Positions 11,440 through 22,720 of a DNA stretch of 43,785 bases are shown here, one piece after another. Under the pieces are notes generated by a model that searched no databases, was not told the DNA's origin, and saw only the letters and a list, made by a program, of their open reading frames with translations. A program made the position numbers and the translations under genes. Every line of letters begins with the position of its first letter. The stretch's first letter is position 1. The DNA is from Octopus bimaculoides (Eukaryota), in assembly GCF_001194135.2 (NCBI RefSeq), contig NC_068982.1:103542729-103586513 (forward strand), in the 5' to 3' direction.

Positions 11440-11620
11440 CTTTTAGAAATAGCAGCCAGATTTCTCTTTTATAATACACCCTATCACCTTAAAGAAAAAG
11501 AACAGAGACATTAAATAAAATAGTCGTTTGATACACTTTGCTTGAAAAACTGTCATGGTTGGAATGCTTTTGGTCACAGATTTGCTCGATTAGATTTGAC
11601 CTGGAGTTAAATCAACAACT
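11440..11620 (+). mobile_element. Family E repeat copy
   Basis: tagaaatagcagccaga...catggttggaatgcttttggtcac...gacctggagttaaatcaacaac; similar to 9655-9852. Confidence 0.7.
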
Positions 11621-12221
11621 ATGTAAATGATGGCTGGATGTGTAATAACAAATGTAAATATACTAATGTACCGCACAAATGTAGAAGGTTTTCCCTTGTA
11701 ACAACGGCGGAGAAACTATACAATCATTATTATATCTGTTGGAAAACAAACTAGCATTGTTATAATAGATGTAGAAGGTAGCCATTATCATAATATAGGG
11801 GTAAAGGGACATCATAGAAATGTAGAGAAATAAAGATGACATTTAAAATAGATGTGAAACGATGGAAACGTTCACCGGCAGAAACAACAAATATCGTAGG
11901 ATAACAGATGTAACGAAACAACAGATCACAGCCAATTCTAGGGGCTCTAAGAGGATGAAATATGAAGAGTAAAGGTTACATATGGTCCAACGTACTATTT
12001 TTACTGTTTCTATATTTGCAATTTTGCACATTTGTGACAAGGCACAAAACTCCGGAGATACTTTAGGGGAGGGAAATAGCAAGTCTTTATCTGAAACACA
12101 AATAGCGTGAAATGACATCGAACAGGTATTGAAACCATATCACCATCTCCGTAATCTGATAGTTTACCAATTGTTCTATAGGTCTCTCTACTTTTATGAT
12201 TAAAATATTTACAATGAGACA

Positions 12222-12435
12222 AGATGGTGAGCTGACATAATCGTTAACAGGCTAGGCAAAATGCTTTGCGGCATATCGTCCGTCTTTACGTTCTGAGTTG
12301 AAATTTGGCCGAGGTCGACTTTGCCTTCCATTCTTTCGAGGTCAATAAAATAAGTACCAGTTGAGCACTGGGGGCCAATGTAATCGACTGGACTTCTCCC
12401 CTGAAATTACTGGCCTTGTACCAAAATTTGAAACT
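12222..12435 (+). mobile_element. tRNA-derived SINE family B
   Basis: Head gagctgacataatcgttaac, central gccgaggtcgactttgccttccattctttcgaggtcaataaaataagtacc; TSD aatatttacaatgag at 12204-12218 and 12436-12450. Confidence 0.92.
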
Positions 12436-13412
12436 AATATTTACAATGAGTCAAGAAGAAGAGATTTTACGTAGTCACTCGATCGACGATGAAACCTTCC
12501 TCAAATCACAATTGATAGTCCTATATATTTTATATCTGGAAGAAAAAAAACCCAAAACAAAAAATAAAAACCCCCAACAAAACAGAAACAACACACAAAA
12601 ACATAAAAGATGGACACGCCTGGGACTTAGATTTACTTGATTAGAGCTAAACTGGACGACGACGAAGACGACGACTACCACAACCACCGCAGCAATAACA
12701 ACGCTCAAGATACTAACTGCTTATATTGATCCTTTCTACAGGTTCAAAGCTCCATTTGCAAGTGAGTGGAGTTCGAATGTCGGGAATTAAATCAATCTCA
12801 TCTCATGAATAGCCTTACTTTATTTTATTGAGATTCGAAGTGATGAAATGCAAAGTCAACGCTGACTGGATTAAGACACAGAAAAAATATGGGAACAGAA
12901 TTGAATACTTATTACAAGACATTTTGTCCAACACTCGATTATTTCTTCCCAATTCTCCACCCATTCTATGATTACAGTGCTGAAGTGTAATATGAACATA
13001 ATGACTGATTGAATAAGGTACTTAATTCTCGTTGCGCTGATTGTGGGTTCATTGCGTTGTGCTTTTCAAGCATGTAAAGTACACTTCACTTTAAATTTTC
13101 ATTCAAGCAATCAATATTCCAATGGAATTGTATAGTTCCTGTCTGGGTAAGAGAAAATTAATCTTTGTGGTTTTTTAAAATCATACACAGTAAATAAAAG
13201 CTGAGAGAATAGGCTGGTAATAGTGCTTAAGAAATTTATGCTGAAGTTGGTTATTCTGTTTTTTGTCTGTAATGGTTCTGTTGTTGATGCTGGAACCGCT
13301 GGTGCTGCTTTCAGTAATATTAGTCAGGATGTTGTTGGTATTGTGGTTGTAAATATTTGTCGATACGCGTGTGCGAGTATATACATACATGCATGTAAGG
13401 TGTTTATATATG

Positions 13413-13451
<39 letters not shown>

Positions 13452-13544
13452 ATGTATGTATATCATTATTCAGTTTATTTCAAGATTTCTTACCAACTGA
13501 GAATTTCAACATCAACAACAGAGTATGTATGTATGTATGTATGT

Positions 13545-14125
13545 GCAGATTTGTACGTTTTATGTATATATTCTCATGCCTATAGTTACATATCTAGACA
13601 TGTTCATATATATTTAAATGATAAACTGGAAAGTTTTACAGATTTTTACAGTTCCAGTGACGTATTGGCTCTGTAGTCTTTGAATTAGCTTTCTCCTTTT
13701 TGGTTTTGAGAAGCCTAATTTCTCAAGATTGGTATTTAGGCAGTGTGTTACATATCCCAGGGCCCCAATAATTACAGGTATAAACCTGAACTTATAATCC
13801 GGATAGAGTAACCTGCAGATTTCTCAATAGTTCAGCATAGGCGTTCTCTGTTTTCACTGATCTTCAGCTTTATGTTAACATCTGCTGGGCAGCTACTTTC
13901 CACAGCTGTGCACAGTTTCTCTTCTCTATCCCAGGTTTGTTGTGCTTACGTTTTATTGATGTCTTCACTGGTACATTCCACCAGTATTCCTTTTTATTAT
14001 GAGTGGCTATGGCTTTTACCATATTGTGGGTTTTTATTTCTTTGTCCTCGGATTATCCTTCCAACGGATTTCATTATAGAATTACTCTGCAAAAGCTATT
14101 TCCCATTGTTTTCAACTTTTATGCA
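13545..14125 (-). mobile_element. RLE-type (R4/Dong-like) LINE 3' fragment
   Basis: Minus-strand translation with frameshifts: EYWWNVPVKTSIKRKHNKP / WDREEKLCTAVESSCPADVNIKLKISE / IIGALGYVTHCLNTNLEKLGF...TGTVKICKTFQFII* (stop at 13614-13616). Resembles the restriction-like endonuclease C-terminus of R4/Dong/NeSL-type elements. Confidence 0.8.
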
Positions 14126-14164
14126 TAGACAGTGAGAGGTGAGTCTCAGTTTGATTTTTTGCAA

Positions 14165-14360
14165 CCCTAAAGATTCTGCTCGCACATTCACAGCAAACAA
14201 GGCACAGGGCCAGACTTTCGATCGTGTAGGTATATTTTTACCCATTCCGATGTTTACATACGGCTACTTATACGTCACTACGAGTAGAGCAACGGACTTC
14301 AGTAATTTGAAAATTAGTGTCGACCAAACTGAAAATATTGTCAACAAAGAAGCTTTGTAA
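14165..14360 (+). mobile_element. Helitron Rep/Hel C-terminal fragment (PIF1-like helicase end)
   Basis: TANKAQGQTFDRVGIFLPIPMFTYGYLYVTTSRAT...TENIVNKEAL* matches PIF1-family motifs V/VI (TINKxQGQT; GQLYVAxSR) and the typical Helitron C-terminus. Confidence 0.88.
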
Positions 14361-15044
14361 TCATATTGACATTATCGAAAGGAATATGATTCATAATTTA
14401 AATAAGGAAATTTGTGAACTTTGAATGCATAAGAGTATAAACAAGCGTAAAATAGTATAAACAACTAAAATAAAAGTATATCTAAATAACATTTTTTCTC
14501 AATACTTTTTATGTAGTGGTCGAAGGAAGCATTGACTTTCGTTAGGAGTGGTCCACATAACCATTCATGATACAGAACCTGGGAGCCTATTTATGTTCGG
14601 GTGTGAATCGTCATCACATGCCATTTTGTCGCAAACACATGTCATATAGCTGCAATAGAATGCTGTATCACCAACAATAATGTAATTTCTCTTCGACGTC
14701 ACCCAGTAATCTATCGAGTCTATTTACACATTTCTCAATACATACTGCTGCTATGACTTCCCTCTTTCATTTTATGCCTCCATCGGAGATGGGTACATTT
14801 GTTAGTAACAATAATACGATGTCTTTACATACCGTTTGTTCTGCATTTTCAACAAGACTTTAGTACTCCAGTATGAATCACTGACAGGCAGTTGTAGTCG
14901 TGTGTAGTTTTATTGCTGCTCATGTCTCTTCAGAAGGCCGAAGGCCATTCAGAGAAATCAATATAGGCTACGGCAAGGAATCGAAACCGGATCTTAGAAT
15001 TAACCATATGAATTTTTTTTTTTAATTCTAAAACAATAATTCTC

Positions 15045-15228
15045 TCTGCCTGAAATTCTTGGGGAAAATGTCAGTCGATTACATTGACTTCAGCGATCAA
15101 CTTGTACTTAACTTATCGACTCCGAAAGCATGAAAGGTAAAGTCGACCTTGGTGGAATTTGAACTTAGAGAGAGAAATACTGCTAAGCAATTTATCGGGC
15201 ATGCTAACGATTCTGCCATCTCTCCACT
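15045..15228 (-). mobile_element. SINE family B, decayed
   Basis: gtcgattacattgac...gaaaggtaaagtcgaccttggtggaatttgaact...gctaacgattctgcca is the reverse complement of family B. Confidence 0.85.
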
Positions 15229-16062
15229 TCCACCAAAAAGGAAAAATAATATTTAACATTTGACGCATATAATGATGACAGAGTTGATTTATTAGGCTCC
15301 ACTAGATGAATGGTTTTTATTTTATCAATGAAAGATAAAAGGAAAAGTCAATCCCAGCGAGATTTGAACATAGAACATAAAGGGAGCTAATTTGTCTACC
15401 ACAGAGCACCCTACTGTTCCAGCTATTTCCCAATACAACAGTAAAACATTATGACCGATTTAGCCAACAGCATTACTGAAATAACCTTCTAGCAGTAATG
15501 ATATGTGTCAAGACAAAAGTTGCTGTTTGTTTTTGCTTATCAATCTAGTATACGTAGTCTCACTTATAACGTTTCTTATTCTCTATCATCCCCGGCCAAA
15601 GATTAATTAGTAAGGAATCCTATTAGGAACAAATTCTGGCACACGCACACCACACCACACCACACACACAAAGGGGTCACATCCGCAATTTATTCATCAC
15701 TCCTTCACTATGCGCGCGCACTCGCAGTACCCATGCCATCTTTACCACAACCACGCACACAAGCATACATTCTTTTTTAAATAAAAGATAAAATACGTGG
15801 AAAATAATTATATAATAAAACGATATTTAATTCTACTACAGATTGAGTTCTTTATCAAACTGTATAATGAGATTTAAAAATGATCTCTCTGTTAAATACC
15901 GAATCCAACTCTGCATCTCTTGAAATGTGGGCGCAGATTCTCGCTTACAAATCTTTAAATTATATGGAGCTGAGTCAACCTGTTATTAAAGATATGTGAA
16001 AATCAATATACATATACATATACACATGAATACATATATGCATACATACATTCTGCCAGTTC

Positions 16063-16110
<48 letters not shown>

Positions 16111-16819
16111 GGATAAATTGAATATTAATTCAATTTAAAACCAAGTGGCCTAGCATATGAAAATCTGAAAATTCAGAAAAATTGTATTACATGTGTATAA
16201 GAAGGGATGACCACTAAGTGGACATCCNNNNNNNNNNNNNNNNNNNNNNNNNNNNNNNNNNNNNNNNNNNNNNNNNNNNNNNNNNNNNNNNNNNNNNNNN
16301 NNNNNNNNNNNNNNNNNNNNNNNNNNNNNNNNNNNNNNNNNNNNNNNNNNNNNNNNNNNNNNNNNNNNNNNNNNNNNNNNNNNNNNNNNNNNNNNNNNNN
16401 NNNNNNNNNNNNNNNNNNNNNNNNNNNNNNNNNNNNNNNNNNNNNNNNNNNNNNNNNNNNNNNNNNNNNNNNNNNNNNNNNNNNNNNNNNNNNNNNNNNN
16501 NNNNNNNNNNNNNNNNNNNNNNNNNNNNNNNNNNNNNNNNNNNNNNNNNNNNNNNNNNNNNNNNNNNNNNNNNNNNNNNNNNNNNNNNNNNNNNNNNNNN
16601 NNNNNNNNNNNNNNNNNNNNNNNNNNNNNNNNNNNNNNNNNNNNNNNNNNNNNNNNNNNNNNNNNNNNNNNNNNNNNNNNNNNNNNNNNNNNNNNNNNNN
16701 NNNNNNNNNNNNNNNNNNNNNNNNNNNNNNNNNNNNNNNNNNNNNNNNNNNNNNNNNNNNNNNNNNNNNNNNNNNNNNNNNNNNNNNNNNNNNNNNNNNN
16801 NNNNNNNNNNNNNNNNNNN

Positions 16820-17552
16820 CTTTGAGCGAAAATAACAAAAATCAACCTTCCACAATCGTCGCCAGTTTGCTCGCTCGACATCGCTCAACATAGTCACAAA
16901 AAGCGTTTTCTTTACCGCATTGCCACTGGCGATGAAAAATGGTGCCTTTACGTCAATATGAAACAGTGAAAAGAATGGCTTAGCTCCGACAAACAAGCGA
17001 CTCAGTGAACAAAAAAGACCTTCATCCTCGAAAGACCATGTTGTGTGTATGGTGGGACTAGGAAGGCATAGTTCATTACGAACTGCTTGAGCTCAATGCG
17101 AAGCTCTACGTTCAAAAACTGCACCGACTCAACGAAGCAATTCAACAAAAAGACCGAATAGGCGAAATGGTGTTCTTCTGCAACACGACAACGCCCGTCC
17201 TCACATCACCAATATGAATGACCAAAGCCGCGAGTCAAGTACTCGAATTGTAAGTGCTGCCTGGTCCTCCATACTCTCCAGACTTGGTGCCGTCATCTAT
17301 ACATCTCTTTCGACCGGTTTCGAATGCTTTGCGCAGTGTAACGATCAATAATGACGTGGAATTGAAGACTTGGTTGGACGAATTCTTTGAGTCAAGACCG
17401 GGAGATTTCTATTGCCGAGGCATCGAAAAACTTATTGAACAATGGGAAGAAGTCGTAAACAACAACGGCGAGTATATTATTTATTAATTTGTTGTAGTTT
17501 TTTTGTTTAAAATAAATTTGAAAAAAAAAACGCTCATGAATTATTCCTCAAC

Positions 17553-17558
<6 letters not shown>
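16820..17558 (+). mobile_element. Mariner transposon 3' part with decayed DD34D-type transposase and right TIR; the 5' part probably lies in the gap
   Basis: Motifs TGDEKW, HDNARPH and PYSPDLVPS, C-terminus WEEVVNNNGEYI. Terminal cgctcatgaattattcctcaacccaata abuts a TA run. Stops and frameshifts present. Confidence 0.93.
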
Positions 17559-17589
<31 letters not shown>

Positions 17590-17810
17590 TTATTCTTTTA
17601 TTTGTTTCAGTTAGTTGACTGCGGCTATGCTGGTGCACCGCCTTGAAGGGTTTTTGTCGAATAAGTCGACCTCAGGACTTAGTTTTTAAAGCCTAGTACT
17701 TATTCTATCGGAATATTTTTTCCGAACTGCTAAATTACGGAGATGTAAACACACCAACACCGGTTGTCAAGCGATGATTGGAGACAAACATGCGCGCGCG
17801 AACGCACACA
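17590..17810 (-). mobile_element. SINE family C, 3' half
   Basis: ttgtttcagttagttgactgcggctatgctggtgcaccgccttg...gtacttattctatcgg...caccggttgtcaagcg aligns to 38090-38300. Confidence 0.88.
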
Positions 17811-18094
17811 CACACACGCACACACACACACGCACACACACACACACGCACACATGCAGAGTAATACAGAGAAGATCAGATAGATCGTGCCAAATTAATT
17901 AAGAACCACATCCGCGTCTCTTAGGCTGAACAGAGCACAAAGAAAAATTTCATATACTTCAACTAGTCAATTCAGCATTCTATACAGAGTTAAACAGTTG
18001 AACACTGGTCCCGGATATCCTACAAACCGGTGTATGTATCTAGGCATAAATGTGTACATATGTATTATAATATTTAGTTAACGAAAACGAACTG

Positions 18095-18271
18095 GTACAA
18101 TTCTATATTTAAGAGATGAGGATTTATGTACGTTATTTACATTTGACGGATATGTGTCCTCATTTTGTTTGTTGTTAACACAACGTTTCGGCTGATATAC
18201 CCTCCAGCCTTCATCAGGTGTCTTGGGGGAATTACGAACCTGGGTTCTCATTTCTAAGGTATTTTTCGATG

Positions 18272-18333
<62 letters not shown>

Positions 18334-18396
18334 ATCACTGCCTGGAATCGAACTGAAATCTTGGGGTTAGTAGCCCGCGCTCTTAACCACTACGCC
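18095..18396 (-). mobile_element. tRNA-headed SINE with internal (TAA)n and a hammerhead ribozyme (left arm)
   Basis: Reverse complement starts ggcgtagtggttaagagcgcgggctactaaccccaagatttcagttcgattcc (A/B boxes, tRNA-like), then (TAA)n, then the hammerhead motif. Confidence 0.88.
18177..18222 (-). ncRNA. Minimal type I hammerhead ribozyme motif
   Basis: GACAC-CUGAUGA-A-GGCUG-gagggtatat-CAGCC-GAAA-CGU-U-GUGUU: stem I 5 bp, stem II 5-6 bp, conserved core, palindromic ACGU stem III, GUU cleavage triplet. Confidence 0.82.
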
Positions 18397-18428
18397 GAGT
18401 TTGATTCCAGGCAGTGACCTGTATAATA

Positions 18429-18463
<35 letters not shown>

Positions 18464-18625
18464 TAATAATAGCAATAACAACAACATCGAAAAATACCTC
18501 AGGAATGATAACCCAGGTTCGAGATTTACCCAAGACACCTGATGAAGGCTGGAGGGTATATCAGCCGAAACGTTGTGTTAACAACAAACAAGATGACGAC
18601 AAATATCCGTCAAATGTAAATAATG
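18397..18625 (+). mobile_element. 5'-truncated inverted copy of the same SINE (right arm)
   Basis: Begins at the B-box region (gagtttgattccaggcagtga) and is the reverse complement of 18136-18352 with about 11% mismatches outside the ribozyme. Confidence 0.88.
18534..18579 (+). ncRNA. Minimal type I hammerhead ribozyme motif
   Basis: gacac(18534-38) ctgatga(18539-45) a ggctg(18547-51) loop cagcc(18562-66) gaaa(18567-70) cgtt gtgtt(18575-79); predicted cut after U18574. Confidence 0.82.
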
Positions 18626-19115
18626 AACGAACTGATAGTTTAGAACGTTCCGACACGCGTTTCAATAGCATAGTTGAATTCAAATATAGATGCTCTTATA
18701 TATTTGGTAACATTACAGGAATTCGTATTGTTAGACAGTTAGCATTACATAAATTATATAATAGATTTCAATTAAACCAAGTTACTGTAAAGCGTGTAGT
18801 GAGGTTCTAAACTATCGATTCGCTACTGGTAACGTGTAACCCAGTACAACCTATTACACGTTGGAGTGGTTGGCGACAAAACTAGAGTTGCCATCAAGTT
18901 TGCTTGAAGAAGAAGATGATCTGGGACACCATTAGGTTGAAATTGAAACTTGTTAAAGGGCAAATGATCCGAGAATCAATGGTCATCCGATAATGTGAAC
19001 AAATGCATATTAAATATGCGTGTGCATGTTTACTGACATGAAATATGAAAGGAATAAGTAACCTTCATCTCCACAGCCTCGAAGTTTGTGGTACCAGGCC
19101 AGTGTGATGATTCAG

Positions 19116-19505
19116 TGTTGTCGGCACTCCGTCGCTTACGACGTCGAGGGTTCCAGTTGATCCGATCAACGGAACAGCCTGCTCATGAAATTAACGTGAA
19201 AGTGGCTGAGCACTCCACAGACACGTGTACCCTTAACGTAGTTCTCGGGGATATTCAGCGTGACACAGTGTGTGACAAGGCTGGCCCTTTGAATTACAGG
19301 CACAACAGAAACAGGAAGTAAGAGTGAGAGAGAAAGTTGTGGTGAAAGAGTACAGCAGGGTTCGCCACCATCCGCTGCCGGAGCCTCGTGGAGCTTTTAG
19401 GTGTTTTCGCTCAATAAACACTCACAACGCCCGGTCTGGGAATCGAAACCACGATCTTATGATCGCGAGTCTGCTGCCCTAACCACTGGGCCATTGCGCC
19501 TCCAC
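19116..19505 (-). mobile_element. Full-length SINE family A, copy 3
   Basis: Reverse complement of family A; degenerate TSD gatgattcag (19106-19115) / ggtgattcgg (19506-19515). Confidence 0.95.
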
Positions 19506-19885
19506 GGTGATTCGGAGTATACATCTGGAATGATGTTTTATGGCCTTGACACATACCAGGTTAGACAGCGCTGTGAGGTCTGAACATCCCTTCAACCACT
19601 TCGGTAATCTCCTGCATTCTCATACAAGATGAGTTGTCTTGCCACTGAGTATACAGTGTGAAAACGAAGTCTGATGAGCCCACAACTCTTTCTCGCTCAA
19701 AAAAAGAAGCTAACAATCTTACTCCCCAGAAAACCTTTCGCTACTCTAGCAACTGTGTCCAACAAGAAAGACTGTGCAGCACAGACATCCATTAAGAGTA
19801 AAATAGTCTTGCTGTGGTAATTGGGACATTTCACACATTCGCACATATGCAATTACGAAATGCCGTCAGTTCCCTTTTCAGAACA

Positions 19886-19939
19886 ACAGACAGGATAATA
19901 CGAGCTAGAGCAACAGACAGGATAATACGAGCTAGAGCA
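19886..19939. repeat. Perfect 27-bp tandem duplication
   Basis: acagacaggataatacgagctagagca x2. Confidence 0.95.
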
Positions 19940-20324
19940 ATCGCAGTTCTCAGCCACTTTCCACGTGACTGCGCCCCTTGTTAACCAGTTACAGTCATCA
20001 TTGATTACTGGTGGTTGAAACCTTTTGAAGTAACAAACGGTGGACTTCTCATTGCAGCAGCGGGGTGGCGGGGTGTACCACACATTTGCGACAATGAAAT
20101 ACTGCCACTGCCTAAGCTTCAGATGCATGGAGGATGGAGTATAGTAGGCAGCTGGTGTGATTCTCTGGTTCCCTGTTTGGATGATTCCCCTGTTGAGATG
20201 CCATATGGTTGAAGTTATCTTCATTGGATTATAAACGGACAAACACGATGAACTAAGATATCTTCCGTTTCTTTCTTTCGCTTACATATAGTGTGGATCA
20301 AATACTGAGATACACAGAGCGAAA

Positions 20325-20420
20325 GAGGAACAGAGAGAGAGAGAGAGAGAGAGGGAGGGAGTAAGAGAGAGTGAGAGAGAGGGAGGGATAGAGAGAGAGA
20401 AAGAAGAGAGAAAGAGAGTG
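20325..20420. repeat. (GA)n-rich microsatellite
   Basis: Direct reading. Confidence 0.9.
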
Positions 20421-20929
20421 ATAAATAGACAACTGAAATGACAAGGGAGAGTGTAGACAGTCAGTGTGACAGAAAATATATGCATATAGTTGGTCGGCCT
20501 GCTGTTTGTATGCATGGTACCCGCGTATGTGTATATTTTTACACACACACATGGTGGCCTCAAAACTTTGGATGCAGGCCGCAAGCAAAGAACCGCACTA
20601 ATTACGTAATTATTCTCGAAGCTACTGTAATGGACAGTCTGCACACTTTTTCTTTCAGTTATACGGTTTAGCCTGTGATAACTTTCTTCTACCCACCAAA
20701 CTATGTGATATCAACTCTACTGCCTCCTCCTGGAATCTGAAATCTGCCTGTTCACATCGCAACTATTAAGTACTTCCCATAATGGGACATCTACTGTCCC
20801 GATGATATTTATACGCCTTTGTGCATGTTTCTATTTATACGTTGTATCAATATGTCATAATCTGACTCGATACCTGTTGTTTGCCTGTTTATCCTTTTCT
20901 TGTATTATACATACATATATGTATAATAG

Positions 20930-21000
20930 GCCTACCTACCTACCTACCTACCTACCTACCTACCTACCTTCATAATACATACATACATACATACATACAT
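20930..21000. repeat. (CTAC)n followed by (CATA)n
   Basis: Direct reading. Confidence 0.95.
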
Positions 21001-21170
21001 GGAAAGACATGGAAAGAATGCAAATTCTTAGCGATCACGATATCAGGAAGTATTAAAGTCTGCAAGACTTTCTTAAGTGGTTGATGATTAAAAGAAGATA
21101 CCTTCCTTCACAATCTTGCTACCAAGTAGGTGGCCAGACAAAACTTACTCTAAATTTGAAAAGGGAAAGA
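21001..21170 (+). mobile_element. Short 3' end of an RLE-type LINE
   Basis: SGSIKVCKTFLSG* resembles TGTVKICKTF at 13620; the downstream UTR (ccttcacaatcttgctaccaagtaggtggccag...ctaaatttgaaa) matches 41360-41425. Confidence 0.6.
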
Positions 21171-22520
21171 GATATGCATGCATACATACATGAGGGACGG
21201 AGAGATGACTGTGTTGAATGGGTCTGGGGAAAGCAATTTTACAACTAATTAATTCAGAGGACAGAAAACTAGAGCAGCTGCAGTAGTAGTAATAGTAGTA
21301 GTAGTAGTAGCAGTAGTAGTGTGAATGGAGACGACGTGCCTGTGGGCCAGATGTGGTAGTGAGTTGCTTATAAATCGTATACGTATTTCTCCCCTAAGTC
21401 CTACTCCAGCTCAGAAGCAGCTCCGCTACAGTTTTATACAAACATAAGCATATTATTTCATGTAAGATAAGCCCTGTTTGTGATCTAAGCGCGAGTTTGT
21501 AGATATTTTACTTCATTTACCTTGCTAAAGCATTTGAGATTGCTTTAAACCACCCTACACCATTTCTTTTCCTAGGTTGACCTAATCATAATCAACTCTG
21601 AGTCACGTATAATGATGGTGTGAACGTTATGGAAAATGTGTAATCAGTACACTCACAATATATATTCAATGACTTTGAGTTGGGAATGAAAACCGCACCA
21701 TAATCTTCTATCGTCACTGAGAACTTACTTGGTGGTGATAACGTCCGTCAAGCAATGAGTGAAATTTAAAATCTCTGTACATAGATAGCTACACATTAAC
21801 AAATTGGAGCAGCCTTTTTACGAAAACAACCACTGCTTCACAAAGTTAAAACGACTCACACTTAATGTTTTACATCCCTCCACTGGCAAAATGAATGCTG
21901 TGGTTTTAGATACATATATATATGAAAAAAGTAGGGCCTTTTGTAACTGGGATACCATTGATCAAAAATCTGCTTTATCAGAATTAAATGGAATTATCAA
22001 CAGCAACAATTTTTAACTAACTATAACACGACGGAATTTCTATAGCAGCTGAGTCTCCTTCATTAAGATTAAGAAGCATACCATTTTGAAACAGTGTCCA
22101 CGTAGTTCAAGTTCTAAAGTTTAGTTCAACGCATCACCTTGGAATAAATCGCTGCCAGAAACACCCCTAGATAAATCATTCTATCTGTTACTTTCGTGAA
22201 ATCAGCATCATTAACAGCACCATGATGACGACGACGACGAAGACCACCAGCACCACTATCACTAACAATACTGTATATATAAGGAAGGGATTATATAGCT
22301 GCCTGGCTGGTAATGATCAGTTTGAAGGCTGAACAAAGACAACAGCCACAACGACAGTAAGAACAACAATATAAGTTTCTTTGATTAGGAAACGGAAATC
22401 AATGTTGTTTGTTCATACATTTTTCGTTGTTCCATGACCTCATTGTTAAGGCATAAGACATGGGTTTATGATGAGGTGGAATGGTAACAAGTCTGGAGTA
22501 CTGGAAAAAAAACAACAGTC

Positions 22521-22720
22521 CATTTAAACCGGCCCAAATATTCAACCTGTTTTATGTTCAAACTGGCCAGATCCGGCTTCTTGCACCTACCCTACAATGT
22601 CATTCTCAAAATAAACAGTCACATTATCGAAGCTACAAGATAATGTATGAATAATTCAAAACAACGTGAAAAATATAAGCATTACATTTGATAGAGTAAT
22701 ATGAATGCTACCAAAGTTAA
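22521..22720. mobile_element. Probable piggyBac-like MITE remnant
   Basis: Ends in gaatgctaccaaagttaa (TTAA terminus); the internal sequence matches my recollection of an abundant octopus TTAACCC...GGGTTAA element. The left TIR is not visible. Confidence 0.4.

Larger units (their letters stand above)
19050..20240 (-). mobile_element. Possible very old RTE-type LINE remnant, interrupted by SINE A copy 3
   Basis: Weak motif remnants in the expected order on the minus strand: INDDC (for YADD), LDTVARVAK, ELWAHQ, HHSRCILRIITLAW. Heavily mutated; assignment by eye. Confidence 0.35.

Noticed and set aside
13223-13585. 120-aa ORF with a signal-peptide-like start
   Set aside because: Derived from degenerate GTT/GCT triplet low complexity and runs into a (CA)n tract.
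14360-14520. Helitron 3' hairpin and CTRR terminus
   Set aside because: Not found downstream of the helicase fragment, so the element end is not defined.
19671-19700. ctgatga hammerhead half-core, and a ctgacga/tcatcag pair at 7354-7378
   Set aside because: No stem II followed by GAAA.
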